From Amoeboaphelidium protococcarum X5 (taxonomy: Eukaryota > Fungi > Aphelidiomycota), in assembly GCA_023515725.1 (NCBI GenBank), contig JALDTO010000246.1, positions 405,680 through 469,679 on the forward strand: a stretch of DNA of 64,000 nucleotides, written 5' to 3'. The translations under genes were made by a program, and so were the position numbers. Below the pieces are notes generated by a model. That model did no database searches, had not been told where the DNA came from, and saw only the letters and a list, made by a program, of their open reading frames with translations. Position 1 is the first letter of the stretch, and the number at the start of each line of letters is the position of its first letter. This document shows, one piece after another, positions 13,863 through 27,674 of this stretch.

Positions 13863-16800
13863 ATGTCTCAGATTCATTAGTACTAGGCATTGGACGGAGA
13901 TAATACTAGTAGCCGCGATTTGTCACAATAAAATCTTGTATAGTAAGATTAAGTAGCATATAAAGTATAGTCTTTAGTTGAAAAGTATGGGCGGTAGATT
14001 GCTATAGAGTAATTGATTAATTCTTTGCATGGAGATGACAGTATGCTATCGCTAGAGTAGTAACAAGATGGTGATAGTAAAGACAACTCTGATGATCGAC
14101 TTGAAAGTACCATTATTGAATAGTTGAAGCTATTGGCTGAAGAGCAGTTGAGCTCCACTGACTTTAGTTCCGGTGTATAGGAGAGCATTTACAGTGGCAG
14201 CCTTGCCGGAGATATGAGTGTTGTTATTGATGAGGATGATCAGCTGGCATATTTTGATTAGAGATAGACTCTGACATTTGTCTTGGAAACTTTGATTAAA
14301 TCAAACTGTCGATAGGATTGTATAGCTGGTGAATTTTATTCCATTGCTTAAGCTCATAAATCGGAAGAGATATACATGGACATTGTATCGGATATGGTGA
14401 TTGATTGGCGATTTGATTTGAGTCAAGATTTGGAACTATAAAGTATTGAACCATTGTTGATGACTCTTCTGATCGACCATAATGTCAATGCATTTAAAGT
14501 CTATTAGAATCCAATGACTTCTGAAACATTAGAGTAACTTTTGCTTGCTGTAGATTGTCGCATGATTGATTTAAATTTGGCCGTATCTGCGTGTAAAGTT
14601 GTAGGATGCGGTGAGGCACTAATATATTTAGAGACTCTCGGTCTCATGGACAGTATACAGCCACTTCTTAGATGGCTTAAGTAGATATAAAGTGCACTGA
14701 AATCGCATCATCCTGCGGACCAACGTGAAAGACATTAATCTCCATTGTATAAAGTGTATGTATATGTCACGAACATTCTTAATGGTCAGCTATATCCTCA
14801 GGGAATCTTCTATCGTTCTATACCTCAATTTGATATACTCCAATGCTAACTGGCCAATTTCTTATTCTCACGATCTTATGTGGGATGGCCTAATCCACAG
14901 ACCAAAATCATCCTATCTGACAAGGTGAAGTTATATCCTTACTTGGTACCTCTTATATGCTACGATCCTTAGGAATTCTTTAAAATGATGACTACTCTAT
15001 TTTCTGGTGATTGCTTTGATCAAGAATCTACTCCTCTAAGCGGCAGCAGTAATTCTGGGCTCACTCTGTATATAGATCGACAGTTTGTTATGATGGGAAT
15101 TATGGCTGCATTTGAGAATAACTCTTTGCTATAAGTCGATGATGTTCTATTCCACTTTAACGGCTGGCTGTTGCGCATAGCTGATTTATATAAATAGGAT
15201 GTTTCGATTTCTATTGAAGTGCTATTGAGGACTTTGAATGATATGATTGAATTCATGTCAAGTGATACTATGAATTCTGACAATTAGGCTGGCTTGATAA
15301 ATATTCCTCTGGTTGAGCAGTCTCTCTTATCTGGATTAAAAGTTTTATCTTCAGATATTGATCGCGCAACTACTGAGTTGATGTTGAAGACGGCGAATGA
15401 GTATCATATGGATCGTCTCCTTGAACGGATTTATCTGCAGTAGAATAATGCACTCAAGTTGATTGATATTTGGATTTCTCGGGAGCGAATTAATTAATCT
15501 GGTGATGTTTGGCGTAAATTGTCTGCTGTGCTTTAAAGTCCTATTCTTAAGTCAGACTAAAAGAAGTAGATGCTTTAGTAATTAAAATCTTAGTATCTGG
15601 ACACTCTTGCGGGGATTAATATGTTAAAATTCTATTACTTTTTTAAAGAAGAGCTTGAATTTAGTAGCTAATAAGTGCTAGACTGTCTTAAGACGCAGGA
15701 ATTAAAGATGAAATTTCTCAGGACTTTATACGATACAGATTTTGATACGTTCGAATCTATAATTTATGAAGATGATGATTATATGGAGCAATTTATCAGA
15801 TTCATATCTTAAAAAGATGTTGATTTTGCTGTTGATTATCTGGGAGATTAAAGGATTCAAGTCGATGGCATTACTATTGATATTCTGATTCGGAACAGTC
15901 TTCCTATAAAGCTTTTATGGATTGCATGCTGTCGCTGCTATAAATAAGAGTCATTCCTTTAGCATGTGGTTTAGATATTCTCTAAGGTTGTACAAGAGCT
16001 GAATTCAGAGCATCAATCTGCCACAGAGGAAATTATTGTGTCTTAATGCTTGGATGTTACCTCTCAGTTTTTGGATGTTTTGAGTGGCGATGCTAATTCG
16101 CTGGCTTCTATCATTCAAGTAGAAGATATTAGATTGATTTCAAGTTTAATCTAAATACTAATTGTATCTGAACGAGGTACCTCCAGTTCATTTGATTAAT
16201 CAGCCGATATGAACTCTCACAATCAATTCGATTGCGTAACTGCTGATGAGTCTGAGAGTACTTATAAGTAGGAATCTTTAAAGAACTAAGTGAAGTCTAT
16301 AATTCTCAAGATAGCTGACTTGGCAAGTTGTAGCGAAGTAGTTTTGAATGAAATTCTCCAATCTGACATCAAATACTATTAATTTAGAGATCTGGTTTAG
16401 TCATTATTGAACATGAGTGTAAAGTAGGATAGAATAGTGCGCGATTACTTGGCTATCTAAAATTTAGACTCCAAATCTATCGTAATTCGGTATGCTCAGT
16501 GTTAAGATCAGGGAAGTGTTGCGCAATAACTCTATCGATGTTTGTTATGTAAAAATACCGCATCAACTGTTCCTCAGTATAATCTATCGATATCGAATAA
16601 GGATGTGGTGATTAATTAGAGTTTCAAGGTGAATTCGAATGAAGTTATCGTGCTCAAGTGCGGACATTTTGTTCATGGCGTCTGCCTCACTAGATATCAG
16701 GTGACCACTTTACAATGCTTTCACTGCCAACGTTCAGCCTTGAATGATATTGAAGTCTTGACTAGGCACGATAAAGGAAAGTAGAAGGTTGTTACTGTTG

Positions 16801-16886
16801 AAGACTCGGACATGGATTAAACCACTTAAAAGCTGTTACAAGATTAGTATTTATATGCCGCCTATGCTAGTTCAAGAAACTACTGA
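13863..16886 (+). CDS. VPS8: VPS8-like CORVET subunit (alpha-solenoid plus C-terminal RING-H2)
   Basis: LEQLLLAVDCRMIDLNLAVSACK...ALIYL...DSIQPL, VYVYVTNILNGQLYP; C-terminal CxxC...CGHFVHGVC...CxxC. Confidence 0.7.
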
Positions 16887-16969
16887 TTAAATTTAAAATC
16901 ATAATCACAGTGAATCTAAAATAATAAATGTATACACTTTTATACATAATTAAATTATCATCAATTCAC

Positions 16970-17158
16970 TCAATTACCAGCGTGTTTAATCTAAGGCAAG
17001 TTATCTCCATCAATCCAGTAGTAATTGCTCAGCATACGGAATGCGACATTAACACCAACAAAAGTCAAAAATCTAAAGAATGCAACATTACTCAGATAAA
17101 CTTCCTCCGCCACAGATCGGGAAGATCCATAAATTTTCCTCAAATTAGGGATCGCCAT
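16970..17158 (-). CDS. Small 62-aa protein with one hydrophobic helix
   Basis: MAIPNLRKIYGSSRSVAEEVYLSNVAFFRFLTFVGVNVAFRMLSNYYWIDGDNLPQIKHAGN-TGA; fills the gap between VPS8 and ALO1. Confidence 0.5.
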
Positions 17159-17711
17159 TTTAACGGTATCTATGTACAGTAGAAAACTACTACAAAGCTC
17201 AAATATCGATTACAATTCTAAACGCGAAACTAGAAGCTTTAATCAGAGCAAGACACGGCTCATGTGGCGGCCGCTAAAGCCGAAAATGCAAAATCTAGAA
17301 ACGATCGCCGTTATCAGTTTTCTTCTTTTCTCTTTAGAAATCAATCTTCGACTCAACTTTCCTGTGCTGATTATTTCCATTATCCTTAGATTCTTTTGAT
17401 AATGTAAGTGTTAGTGATGCGCAGATATACCGTTGAAGTATACTGAATATCAGCGACTCTATGCTTTAACTATGCGATTACTCAATATCGCAAAGGTCAT
17501 TTATGAGTCTCACATTTTATATTTATAAGCTTATTTTTATAATATCAACGCGTTCGGTACTCTTCCATCTATTGTACTTCGAGCCTCTTTTACTCATTTC
17601 TACTACCTTTGCAGACAACTCCCGCACCGATCACGCGCTATTCTCTTCTGCCTTGTGTCGCATCTCTTTACATCATTCTTCCACCAATACCGTATTGTGA
17701 AGTAAATCATA

Positions 17712-19238
17712 ATGAGAGTCAAGAATGACTACCATTTCTAGAATTGGTCCAAGACATTTGCCTGTTAAAGCAAAGCTCTGTATTAGCCACGCAGCGAAGA
17801 TGAATTGAAAGAGGTTCTGGTGATTGCGTATAGAGACAATGCTGTGGTTAAAGTTATCGGATCTGGTCACTCTCCCTCAGACATCGCTTGTGTTGGTGAC
17901 TTACACGCTGGCTCCGATACCTCTCCAAGTTCATCTGATACGTCTACCGCATAGTCAAAGTACAGAAAATCTAAGGATATTTTAATTAATTTGGACTTGT
18001 ACGATCGAGTGCTGGCATTGGATAAAGCGAATTGCACTATCACTGTTCAGGCGGGAATCAGATTGAAGCAGTTGAATGAGTACCTAGACAGGAAGGGCCT
18101 GGCACTGACTAATTTAGGATCTATTTCTGAGCAGTCTATCGCTGGTGCTATATCTACTGGAACACATGGCACCGGGATAGATTATGGAATTTTGGCAACG
18201 AGTGTCATTGAGATGACTCTTATCAAGGCAGATTGTTCAGTGATAACACTATCATCATCGCAGAATCCATCCATCTTCAAAGCGGCTCTGTGTGGACTTG
18301 GCTGTCTAGGTATAATTAGCACAGTGACATTGAAAGTGGTTCCAGCGTTTAATCTCGTAATCTCTCATCATACAATGTCTTTTGATTGTATGATTGAATA
18401 GTGGCAGGTGTTGGTGAATAGTGCTGATCATGGCAGATTTTGGTGGTTCCCTTATACAGATAGAGTAGTCTGTTGGCGGGCTATGCGTTCAAATGATGTT
18501 GATTAAGCATAGAGATAGTAGGCATAGAAGCAGTTATAGAATCAATCGTCATGGATTAAGGATAAGTTTTATGGCAAGTTTGTGTTGGAATCTTTGCTGT
18601 ACTGTACGCGATTTATACCGAGTTTATTACCAGTCTTGAATGAGGCATCTTTTAATTATCAGTTCGAGTAGAGATATGATAAAATGGAATCAGATTCGGA
18701 TTTGAAGTTATCATTGATCCAGAGTAGAAATGAGAGTATTCAAAAGTCCTTCTAAGGCTTCAATTTTGATTGTTTATTCCCGCAGCATGTCACAGAGTGG
18801 TGCGTTGAGTGGAAATCTGCTGCGCCCAAGGCTCTTGTGGATCTGAAAGCTTCTATTGATAGAGATCCGCAGTGCAAATAGATTCAAGCACATTTCCCGG
18901 TAGAGATTCGATTTGTCAAAGGCGATGATATCCTTTTGAGTCCAGCCTACGGTTGTGAAGGTGTGTGTTATATAGGCATCATTGTGTTTAAACCTTTTGG
19001 TGTGGATTTTGTGGATCGTAAAGTGTTCTGGCAGGAGTATGAGTCGATAATGCAGCGGTATAATGGGCGCCCACACTGGGCTAAATAGCATCAACTTACA
19101 CCGTCTGATTTTAGTAAATTGTATCCAAAATTTGAAGAGTTCTGTGCTCTCAGGAAGCAGATGGATCCAGATGGTCGGTTTGTTAATAAGTACATCCAAA
19201 GACACCTGCTTGGCACAGAGGTCAAGTCAAAATTGTGA
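17712..19238 (+). CDS. ALO1: L-gulonolactone/D-arabinono-1,4-lactone oxidase
   Basis: F[TAG=Q][14 protein letters not shown] (covalent FAD His), [33 protein letters not shown]. Confidence 0.92.
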
Positions 19239-19381
19239 AATATATGACTAAATAAATAAAATCCCCGTCTCTTAATCAAACTCTCATCATCATTCCATGT
19301 TCTGTAAATCAGGACACATATACTCCTCAATCTCAACCTTTAGCCTTCTCATATGTCACCAATGTACGTAGACGAGTGATA

Positions 19382-21799
19382 TCAGAAAAAGATCAACTTG
19401 TTTCCACTCTCCATCCACACGTTCAAGTCTTCATACTTCTTGATAGTCTCCATCAAACGAGCCTCTTCGAAACCACCAGAGAATCTTAATCTATCACGAA
19501 TGTCCTCAACGTCCAACTGATCAATTCCACGTTCATCACGCAGCTTGCGAATCTCTTAATAAATGGTAGTCAATGGATTCTGGTGCTAATTCTTCTTTGA
19601 CAAGTGTTTATTGTCCATTGATCTCTTGGCCTCATCCATAAGACGCAGCGCCTCGCGAACATCAGCCTCTGCAATTTCTGGAGAGAATCTCAAACGGGCA
19701 AGAGCCTGCGACATTCTCAAGATGGCCAACAGAGTACGCGGCTGAGTATAGATAAAGTTGCCATTCATTCTCTACTGCGCCTGATGAGCCTCTGCACGTT
19801 TCTGCACGTATGCTCCAACAACAAACTCCATGAGATGAGGTGGCAGTTTTGGTACGAATTGTCTAGCTTAAGCAACATATTGACGAATGACTTCAGCTGG
19901 AATAGGCTCAAATTCAATATCCGGCTAATGACCATTTCTATGCACAAACAGAATGTGTTCCGCCATCTTCATGTCATTGTCGACATCGCTCTTATCCGTG
20001 ATCAAGAACAGTAAATCAAATCTAGACAGCAGAGCAGCAGGTAGATTGATGTTCTCACTTGCACTCTTATTAACGTTATAGCGGCCAAAAGCTGGATTAG
20101 CTGCAGCCAGAATAGAGCTACGAGCGTTCAGAGTAGTCGTAATACCAGCTTTAGAGATACTTATGGTCTACTGCTCCATAACTTCATGAATTGCGGTACG
20201 GTCGGATTCATCCATCTTATCAAACTCATCGATACAGCATATTCCATTATCAGCCAGAACCAGAGATCCACCTTCCAAGATCATCTCTCCAGTGATTGGC
20301 TCTTTGACCACCGCAGCAGTCAGACCAACACCACTACTACCTTTACCTGTGGTGTAGACTCCTCTAGGAGCAACTCTGGCAACCCATTTCAGAAGCTGAG
20401 ATTTGGCTACACCGGGATCTCCCATGAGACAAATGTTAATATCGCCTCTAGTCTTCATTCCATCCTTAGTGGTATTAGTAGCTCCACCAACTAGAAGCAG
20501 GAGAAGAGCCTTCTTCACATCCTCATGTCCAAAGATCTCAGGTGCAATAGACTTGGCCAATCTCTGATATGCATTAGCATCATTAACAACTGCATTGACG
20601 TTATGAATGATCTCTGGAGTCAAGTTATACTGACTGTACTTCTTCTTACTCAACTGGACATCCAACACCTCCAGGTAGGTATCAGTCAACAAACCAACTT
20701 TCATGGCACGGAAGCCACGATGAATCTTGGGTAGGAATATTCCAGTTATGGTGGCAATATCACCAGGTGCAAGTTTGCGAGTCATATCATTGTAGAGATA
20801 GACAGACATTGACCGCGGAATGTGACCCATTGGAACTTGATCAGTCAATTCTTGAATCTTGGCCTTTTGCATACGCATAAACTTGGAGGCTCTGGTCTAC
20901 ATGGTCAACTCACCTTTCATGTTGTTATTCTTACAGATACCACTTGGACATTCAACAATAGGATTAAAAGTATCTCCTTTGACCTCTTGGAATATTTCAG
21001 TGTTACAAGCACTGCAAGTATAACACACAATTTGCGCACAAGGCTTAACGTCAGATATTCTAGTGACCATTCCACGTAGCGATATCAACTGACCGACATG
21101 TTCACCTTTGGCTTCTCTCACAGCAAGGGGTTTCACTGCAGACAAAGGTTTGAAATAGACATTGATGCGGTACAGCAATTTATCCGGAAATCCTTGATAA
21201 ACTTCATCTTCATTCTCCTACTGATTTCTAGCGAGTTCCAGTCTCTGCTAGACTAGGACATCAGTAGGCTCGTCGCGGTCTGATAGAGGGCGATTATGGA
21301 CAGGCAAGAAGGATTTAACAGCGTCATAGAATAGCTGTTGGTATCTCTTAGTATGTGCAGCAATTCTAGCCACCAACGCTTCTCCATCTTCATACTACAC
21401 AGAAACTGATTGAAGTGAAATGGCTATATACTGAGATTGTACAGATCACATCGCTTACCTTTGAAACATCGTCCAAGTCTACAACAAAACTTCCACTCAA
21501 AGTCTCTCTCAACTAAGCCTACAAACGTGAAATAGGAATATAGCTCTCAAATTATGAAAAGTTCTTACAACTTGGTCCATATATTTATTACATGGCTAAG
21601 CATTGTTCTCTACGTCGTCAAAGCCTTCATCAACAGGTACGTAGACAAACTTTTCAATAAAGTCCTTGATTCTGTCTACACATTCATCCATTCAGAAATT
21701 GATACACTCATTATGCAAAGACATTTAGAATGACTTACCCAGTTCTTGAGCATAATCAATGTTGATATGTGCACGAGGCAATGTCACTGAAGTTTCCAT
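19382..21799 (-). CDS. MCM7: DNA replication licensing factor MCM7 (three short 5' introns)
   Basis: [38 protein letters not shown], zinc finger; GT-AG introns near 21676-21738, 21519-21568 and 21395-21458. Confidence 0.95.
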
Positions 21800-22009
21800 T
21801 ATGAAGCAAGTAGTATAAGTTATACGCTATAAGCAATTAATAAAGCTCAGCTGTAAAGGGAAGTGGAATTAAAGTGAAATAAAGTTCCGCTCTTTGAAAC
21901 AACTACAAGATGAAACGAAATTACGCGAGGCGCGTTTCAATTCGGACAGATTTATTATTCCTTCAGCCGTTGAGCTTCTTTCACAATATTCATAAACCAA
22001 AGCTCCGTT

Positions 22010-22824
22010 TCAATCAAACTTGGGAGGATCAATACTCAAATAGTTCATTGAATGACTCTAGTATTTAAGAAATGGAGTCTTCGGAGTGATATTACTGAAA
22101 TTTAATCCTTTTGATTTTCCGCCGGACTGCCATTGGCTATTGAAATAGTTGTTGAGGTTTCTTGTACGATCGCGTTCAAGTTGTTTGAGTTGGTCTTCCA
22201 ACAGAGATTTCTACGCGCGTTCCTGTTTCAAAAGGTCTGACAACTTCTGGCACTAATCTTCATACTGTTGGATTAATGCAGCGTTTGTCTTGTTGAATGA
22301 CTCAATTTACGCGTCAGATTCTTTCAGTTTGGCGTGGTTCTCTTTCAGCTGATGTTGAGAGAACAACATATCTTGCTCCATTTGATACAGCCAAAACTAA
22401 GTTCCATACTGCAACGCCTTGTTCATTGCTGATGGCGAATAACCACTCAGTAGACTCTACATACATGAATTTGACAATTTAACAGTTTTATATCCATTGA
22501 AAATAAAAATTACCATAAGCAATTGTTCGGAAGGCTCTGCGTCAATACATTTAATATCATCCCTACAAAAACACGATATATATGTTTGGATAATCACAAG
22601 GTGTGTTTCTACGCTTTCAAGAGTGGTGTACGGGAACTGGACATTACAACTTCTTTTCAAAGCTATTCTAACTGCATGACAGACAGAATATATCTACACA
22701 ATATTAAACAATCATCACAGTTTTCAATTAAACGCGTAAAATTCATACGTGAACAAGATGTTACACATGCTTAATCATGGCTAAGCACAGTTCTACACGA
22801 TACAAGATTGCACCTTAAATGCAT
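22010..22824 (-). CDS. HEI10: HEI10/CCNB1IP1-like meiotic RING E3 ligase (spliced)
   Basis: After splicing: MHLRCNLVSCRTVLSHDQACVTSCSHIFCLSC...CP...DDIKCIDAEPSEQ...LLSGYSP...FWLYQMEQ, then coiled coil; exon 2 end uncertain. Confidence 0.75.
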
Positions 22825-22945
22825 TTCGACGGTATTGTACTGAATGTTATCAAAGAATAGCACCGTAAGCTGAAACAAAAAGATCAAACAATAAGCAGCA
22901 AAGTCGACAAGAACTTTCTCAAAGATACTTCTGAAACGATGAACA

Positions 22946-23716
22946 TCATTTTCTGGCAGAACCGAGGCCCAGCTTGTCATTCTTTACATTTACAACAACG
23001 CCATCTGAGGCAGTACCTTAATGAGACTCAATCGCATCTGGATCAAAGCCCATCTCTCTCAGCAGTCTAAATCCAACATTTTACTCATTCAAAGGTTCAG
23101 CATGAGCATCGACCGCTGAGCCACTCTGAGCATTCAGGAGGTAGTTCTATTTAACTCTTACTATGTCTACATTAAAACCGAATTGAAGGACGCGTCTGAA
23201 ACTATCGTCATCTCCGGCACAAGTATGCGATGTCTTGTACACTACCAACGACTTTGACGTGTCACGTCCCCTTGTATTTACAGTTAGTTTATACTCTTAT
23301 TCGCATAGTTACCGAAATAAATCGCGAACTTTATGCGACTTCATAGGCGGCAAAGTCATCTACTCACCGGATGAAAGCGATTGAACGAAAGCTTAGATGT
23401 CCAAGGCTATCTGTTCCAATAGAACAAGAATATTGTAGTTCCAGTTACCACGCGACTTTTCAAGCTGTTATTGCAGGCACTTTCCCAATAGCTCACGACT
23501 TCTCTAACGCTATTGGCCTTCATGTCTTACATTACGCTTCTATTTTTACCGCTGTTTTTTCAAGGCTGACTGAGACATAACGGTATATTTTTCAGAATCA
23601 ATGGAATGCTGTTAATCACTAGTCAACGTATTGTCTTTATCAGAACTAGAATCACTCTCTTATATAACTGTTTAATCAGTCAGCAAATCGAATCGATTGC
23701 GATCAGTTTCTTACAT
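22946..23716 (-). CDS. R3H-like plus G-patch protein (SQS1/Pfa1-like, short)
   Basis: LPPMKSHKVRDLFRQL...RGRDTSKSLVVYKT (R3H-like); PLNEQNVGFRLLREMGF...KNDKLGLG (G-patch). Confidence 0.7.
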
Positions 23717-23856
23717 GATTATAATCTTCTATTATCTGCAACTGTACCGAAATTTCTTTAAAAGGGACGTCGGAAGATTGAAAAAAAAACAACTCCAGTA
23801 TCATACCAATTTGGTAATGTATTTACAACAGCAACTCAAAAATTAGTGTTAGCAAA

Positions 23857-26800
23857 TCAAAGCTGAAACAACATTTGCTTCAGTGACTTGCCATTCTTCT
23901 CACAATTATCAGCTAGACACGTTTCCATCTCATGTCGAATCTGCTTTAACTTGAACAATTGCAACTTGAAATCCAAATCTCGCGCGGCATCACCACCTGA
24001 CTCATCATCCAGCGATAGAAGCACCTTGAAAAGATGGACCCAAATATCCTTGTGCCAATATCGTTTCCATGTCCTATGCATCAAATCATCAAAATAGCAT
24101 TAGCTGTCCCAGTGAGACGCATGCAGACGCTATGGAACCTCCCAATACTTGCCAAAAAGCATCACAAACACACATCCAGCCAAGCCAACATAATCAATAT
24201 CGTGAAGCCATGGAAACCTTAATCTATCATCAAAAATTGTATTCTCCCCAGCTTTACCATAACCAGAACTTGACTTGGATCTCCACGATGTCTAAAACTT
24301 CATAGCTTCTGCTTCATCTTTTTTAAACATGGACAAATCTACACTTTAACCAAAATCAACACACAGCAGACCCCTCCACAACCAACCATTACAACCAGAT
24401 TCTTCGTAACAACTAATCCATGGATCATTAACCATAGACTCAAGCAATGGATTAACTTTAACAGGAGGTGCCATTCTTAGCAGAAAATTGTCCGGTTTAA
24501 TATCTCCGTGAATGATACCAGACTAATGCATCCTATCCAACATACGAAGAAGCTCAATAGTGAAGAACATCACTAGTAATTCATCCATTCCACCGCCTCC
24601 AATAGTAGCTTTACTGCAGCGATTCACAGCATCCAGCAGCGTTCCCTTGCCAGCATAGTCCATAATGAGATAACTCTCATCTTGATACAAATAAAAATTA
24701 TGAGCCGATACAAACTGAAGCTTGTCCACAGGATGATCTGAGCGCATCGCCAGTTGCTCCATAATGTAAAACTCCCAACAGCTCGGCGAATTGTGGATCT
24801 TCATGGCAACTTTCATCAACTATCCATTAAGATCCTCATCAGCATGTTGTGCCAGATAAACAGCTCCATACTATCCTTCTCCCAACTTTTTCATCACAAT
24901 GTACTCTTCTGCACCGAGAGAGATCGTCATATGAGGATGAATCTTGGTGCTCATAGTTTTGCTAATAGCTCCTCCTTTACCAAACTTCATACCAGACATG
25001 TCATTAAATTTACCACTTGTAGTGATGACAGACATTTATTATCTCAAAAATGTCAGAATACGTTGCTTATCAGGCCACTCAACAACAGTAAAAACTGTTT
25101 ACTCTTGCTGCTTCACAGACAGACTCTAAAACTTTCTTGTTGCATCTAAAGTCAGATCATTTATGAGTGAATTTGAAGGATACTTTTGATAATGGGAGGT
25201 TATCTTAGATAACGTGGGATCTGGAATAGCGGCGATATCAGGTATATTCAAAGTGAAGTTGGTGTGATTATGATCCACAATAGACTAGACACTTAATTAC
25301 CCTTGACGAGGCATCAAACCAAATGTGACATTATGGTTAGTCTCAGCTATGGAGTACAAAGAGTAATTATCTCCAGCTTTGGACATTGTGGATAGAAGAG
25401 AATTGGAACCGCCAGTGGAAGATGTATGAGCAGATTTGGAATTGCTAGATTTCTATAATCTCGACGCTGAAGATGCACTTTTGCTATTAGTAGACTTGTA
25501 TTCTGCACTCATTTCAGCGATAGGAGTCATAATGTCAAGACCGCGAGATGTCGTTGGAGCAGCTGCAGGAGGAGGCATATTCTCATATTCTTCCACTCTA
25601 GCACTGACAACTTTTTCATTCGCACCAGAAACCCGATCATAAAGGAACATATTATTCTATGGTGCCGAAGGGTACTGCTTAAAAGTCTCTCTAAAAGGAG
25701 AATCTCTCTCCTCTTCTGGCACGCCGTTACAAGGACTTGTGTTAGTTCCACCACTACTGCATTACTTAGGACTTTGAAATTCATTAGCAGCCGCGTCATC
25801 ATCTTCATCATCGTTATAAAGCGCAGTTCCAGCTTTTAGCTTTATACCAGCGAATGAAAGTTTTCTATTGATCTACCTTTGACGCTCCTCTCTTCTTCGT
25901 TGTTCTTTCAGCTCTTTCTCCTTCTGGTCACGCTCTAATTAGACACTAGTCTTCTCTTATTCAGCTTGTTTACTCTATAGAACGTGGCCATCATTGTCAT
26001 CATAAAACGGTTAAATCTAATCATTGCCTTATTATTGAGGAACTTCTTGATTGGTCTATTGATCATTAGATTCTTCATCCTCATAAACTTCTAAAGCAGA
26101 GTTGAACAATTTCTACACAGGCAATCTCTCAATAATAGTACACGTCTTCTCCACTTCATCATCAGCCAAATTGGTAATTGCACTTATAGCAGTCATATTG
26201 GTCTATGTACCACAAAACTGAAAGCTATCATCATCGTCCTCATCAGACTAGTATTTAGACAAAGTAGCATTTATATTTCCACCAGTACTGAACACTGACA
26301 TTATTTGACTGAGAGCAGTATCATTATGCTAACTTGCATCATTAGCTGTAAAATGTGCCACTCTAGACTTTTATTATTGCTGTAACTTTTAAGCTCTAAA
26401 CTATTCCACCACATGTCTGTACTTAAGACTTCTTGCCTCTTCAAAGGATTAATCTCTGCCTTGAGAATTAACCACCAAACTCGCTTCATAGCCGTGCACT
26501 TCACCTTAAGATTAAACATTAGTAGTGTCTTATCTATTAAAAGTCTTGATCACCAAACTATCAACCATCTTTATATTAGGATTTTGATTTTCATGAGAGC
26601 CGCCAGCCTAATCATTACCATCAACATTCTAAGAATCAACCATCTCTTTATACGAAGCTCTAAGTCTATCTATTGGCTGAGCATTCTTCTACACGCCACG
26701 CTTTAACACTTGGATTGCCTTATCTCGTCTCTGCAGTGATTTAACGCACACTCTAGCATACTCTTCATAAAACAACGCCAACCCCGATCCAATGCCTTTA

Positions 26801-27135
26801 CCCTCCAAGTAGGTAAATACATCTGCCGGGCTATCAACTTGATGACTAAACTTGATCCAAACCTTGAGGTAATTGAGATTCTGCTTATATCTGGAATCAG
26901 CTTTAAACACTTTGGTAGTCCACTCAAGAAGCGCCACATAATAGTCTCTGGCAGTCAAACTTTCCTCCTACTCAGACTCACAATAGAGAATGTGTCCCTT
27001 CTTGAAATACTAATTCATAACACGGTCGGGATTCTACTACTCAAGATAACTCAAGTACTCCAGGTAAATAGCCAGCGGATCGTCATGACAAGAACTATTC
27101 CGAATCTATTACTCAAAATACTCCACTCTACTCAT
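23857..27135 (-). CDS. BUB1: Spindle checkpoint kinase BUB1
   Basis: TPR DDPLAIYLEY...RYKQNLNYLKVWI...GIGSGLALFYEEYA, GLEBS SFEEAR, KARD-like MTPIAE, kinase HGDIKPDNF and WEFYIMEQL. Confidence 0.92.
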
Positions 27136-27597
27136 TATGCTAATAAAAAATCGAAATATGACAGCAACGTGAATATATAAAATGACAATCCAAATTAGAT
27201 TAAAATACAATGTTCAGTCAGCAGTTGTAGTGAGACTTAAAGAGAGTGAGTAAAACCAGGCGTGGAACAAGCAACAGCAGAAGAAACAGTCAAACTACGG
27301 CAGAGCGATATCTGTTGTTGAAACGAGCAAGAGAAGGCGCGCGTCAACTTGAAAAGTGTTTCAGCTCGTCCGACCTGTCGCGGCTTTCTGGTGAACCGCA
27401 GTCAGTCAGTCAGTCAGTGGATATTGTAAAAAAGCATTTTTCGGTCCGCTCAACTGCCAGCAGCTCTTCTTACTGACGCTTCTACAATCTTCATCTTTTG
27501 CGAGTCTGAAACAAGTCGCGATTTAAAAGACGCGTCAAGTCTCTTTCCGTTCTTACATTTATACACTGCTCCACCAATTTAGTTAGTTACTGTAGAA

Positions 27598-27612
27598 ATG
27601 AATGAAGGTTAT

Positions 27613-27674
<62 letters not shown>

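Noticed and set aside
17400-17615. Possible box C/D snoRNA or 5' UTR intron upstream of ALO1
   Set aside because: C box is imperfect (GTGATGC) and no terminal stem or guide could be supported.
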